Below, piece by piece: positions 62,743 to 64,000 of a stretch of DNA of 64,000 nucleotides. Below the pieces are notes generated by a model. That model had not been told where the DNA came from, ran no database searches, and worked only from the letters and a program-made list of their open reading frames with translations. The stretch comes from the human T2T-CHM13v2.0 reference genome, Homo sapiens: the NCBI RefSeq assembly GCF_009914755.1, contig NC_060935.1. The stretch is one strand, 5' to 3'. How positions within the stretch are numbered: the stretch's first letter is position 1; each line of letters begins with the position of its first letter. The position numbers and the translations under genes were made by a program.

Positions 62743-63267
62743 GCCATTTCTGGGTATAAGAATGTCATATACTGAACAGGCCTGCAACTGTGAGTAAAAG
62801 TCTGCAAAGAGGCCGGGCAGTGGCTCATACCTGTAATCCCAGCACTTTGGGGGGCCGAGGCAGGTGGATCACCTGAGGTCAGCAGTTCGAGACCAGCCTG
62901 ACCAACATGGTGAAACCCCATCTCTACTAAAAATACAAAATTAGCTGGGCGTGGTAGTGCATGCTTGTAATCCCTAGCATGCACTTGGGAGCTACTTGGG
63001 AGGCTGAGGCAGGAGAATCACTTGTACTCAGGAGGCCGAGGTTGCAGTGAGCTGAGATCACGCCACTGCACTCCTTTCTGGGTGACAGAGTGAGACTCCA
63101 TCTCAAAAAAACAAAACAAAACAAAACAAAAACAAACAAAAAAACCCAACAGGTAGGTAGCAGTGGTTCACGCCTGTAATCCCCACTTTGGGAGGCTAAA
63201 GTGGGCAGATCACCTGAGGTCAGGAGTTCACGTCCAGCCTGGGCAACATGGTGAAACTCTGTCTCTA

Positions 63268-63444
<177 letters not shown>

Positions 63445-64000
63445 TTATAATTTTATTTTATTTATTCAATTTTATTTTATTTTATTTTATTTTTCTAGGA
63501 ACAGGTCTCATTCAGGCCAGGCATGGTGGCTCACGCCTGTAATCCCAGCACTTGGGAGGCCGAGGTGGAGGTGGGCGGATCACCTGAGGTCAGGAGTTCG
63601 AGACCATCCTGGTCAATGTGGCGAAACCCCATCTCTACTAAAAATACAAAAATTAGCCAGGTGTGGTGGCACACGCCTGTAATTCCAGCTACTTGGGATA
63701 CTGAGTCAGGAGAATCACTTGAACAGGGAGATGGAAATTGCAGTGAGCCGAGATTGTTCCACTGCACTCCAGCCTGGGTGACAGGGCGAGACTCCGTCTC
63801 AAAAAAAAAAAAAAAAAAAGAAAGAAAGAAAGAAAGAAAGAAACAGGATCTTACTCTGTTACCCAGGCTGGAGTACAGTGGTGCAATCATAGCTCACTGC
63901 AGCCTGGAACTCCTGGGCTCAAGTGATCCTCCTGCCTCAGCCTCCTCAGTAGCTCAGACTGCAGGCATGCACCACCATTCCCAGCTAATTTTTAATTTTT

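Overview
Human (primate) genomic DNA that I recognise as the Alu-dense 11p11.2 gene cluster. It holds the 3' two-thirds of ATG13 (+ strand, 12 coding exons here, stop at 18348-18350) and the complete ARHGAP1 gene (- strand, 13 exons, 1320-nt CDS = 439 aa), which converges tail-to-tail with ATG13. A compact CpG-rich bidirectional promoter (~46570-47060) is followed by the complete ZNF408 gene (+ strand, 5 exons, degenerate PR/SET domain plus 10 C2H2 fingers). The last ~12 kb is repeat-rich intergenic DNA that, from known synteny, should lie just upstream of F2 (prothrombin); F2 itself is not in the window. Exons were located by hand from GT-AG boundaries and reading-frame continuity. Nearly all short ORFs in the supplied track are Alu-derived or GC-rich artefacts. 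I found no convincing wholly new biological system. The best leads are: (1) an upstream acceptor in the last ATG13 intron that would replace the ULK1-binding C-terminus; (2) a candidate poison or alternative terminal exon at 8259 in ATG13; (3) a donor-choice/uORF start-codon switch in ZNF408 exon 1; (4) a 12-bp in-frame deletion allele of ZNF408 (716 aa rather than 720 aa); (5) inverted Alus straddling the ARHGAP1 poly(A) site; (6) a candidate hepatic enhancer at ~58.8-59.0 kb; (7) an Hsmar2 mariner 5' end in a nested repeat stack.
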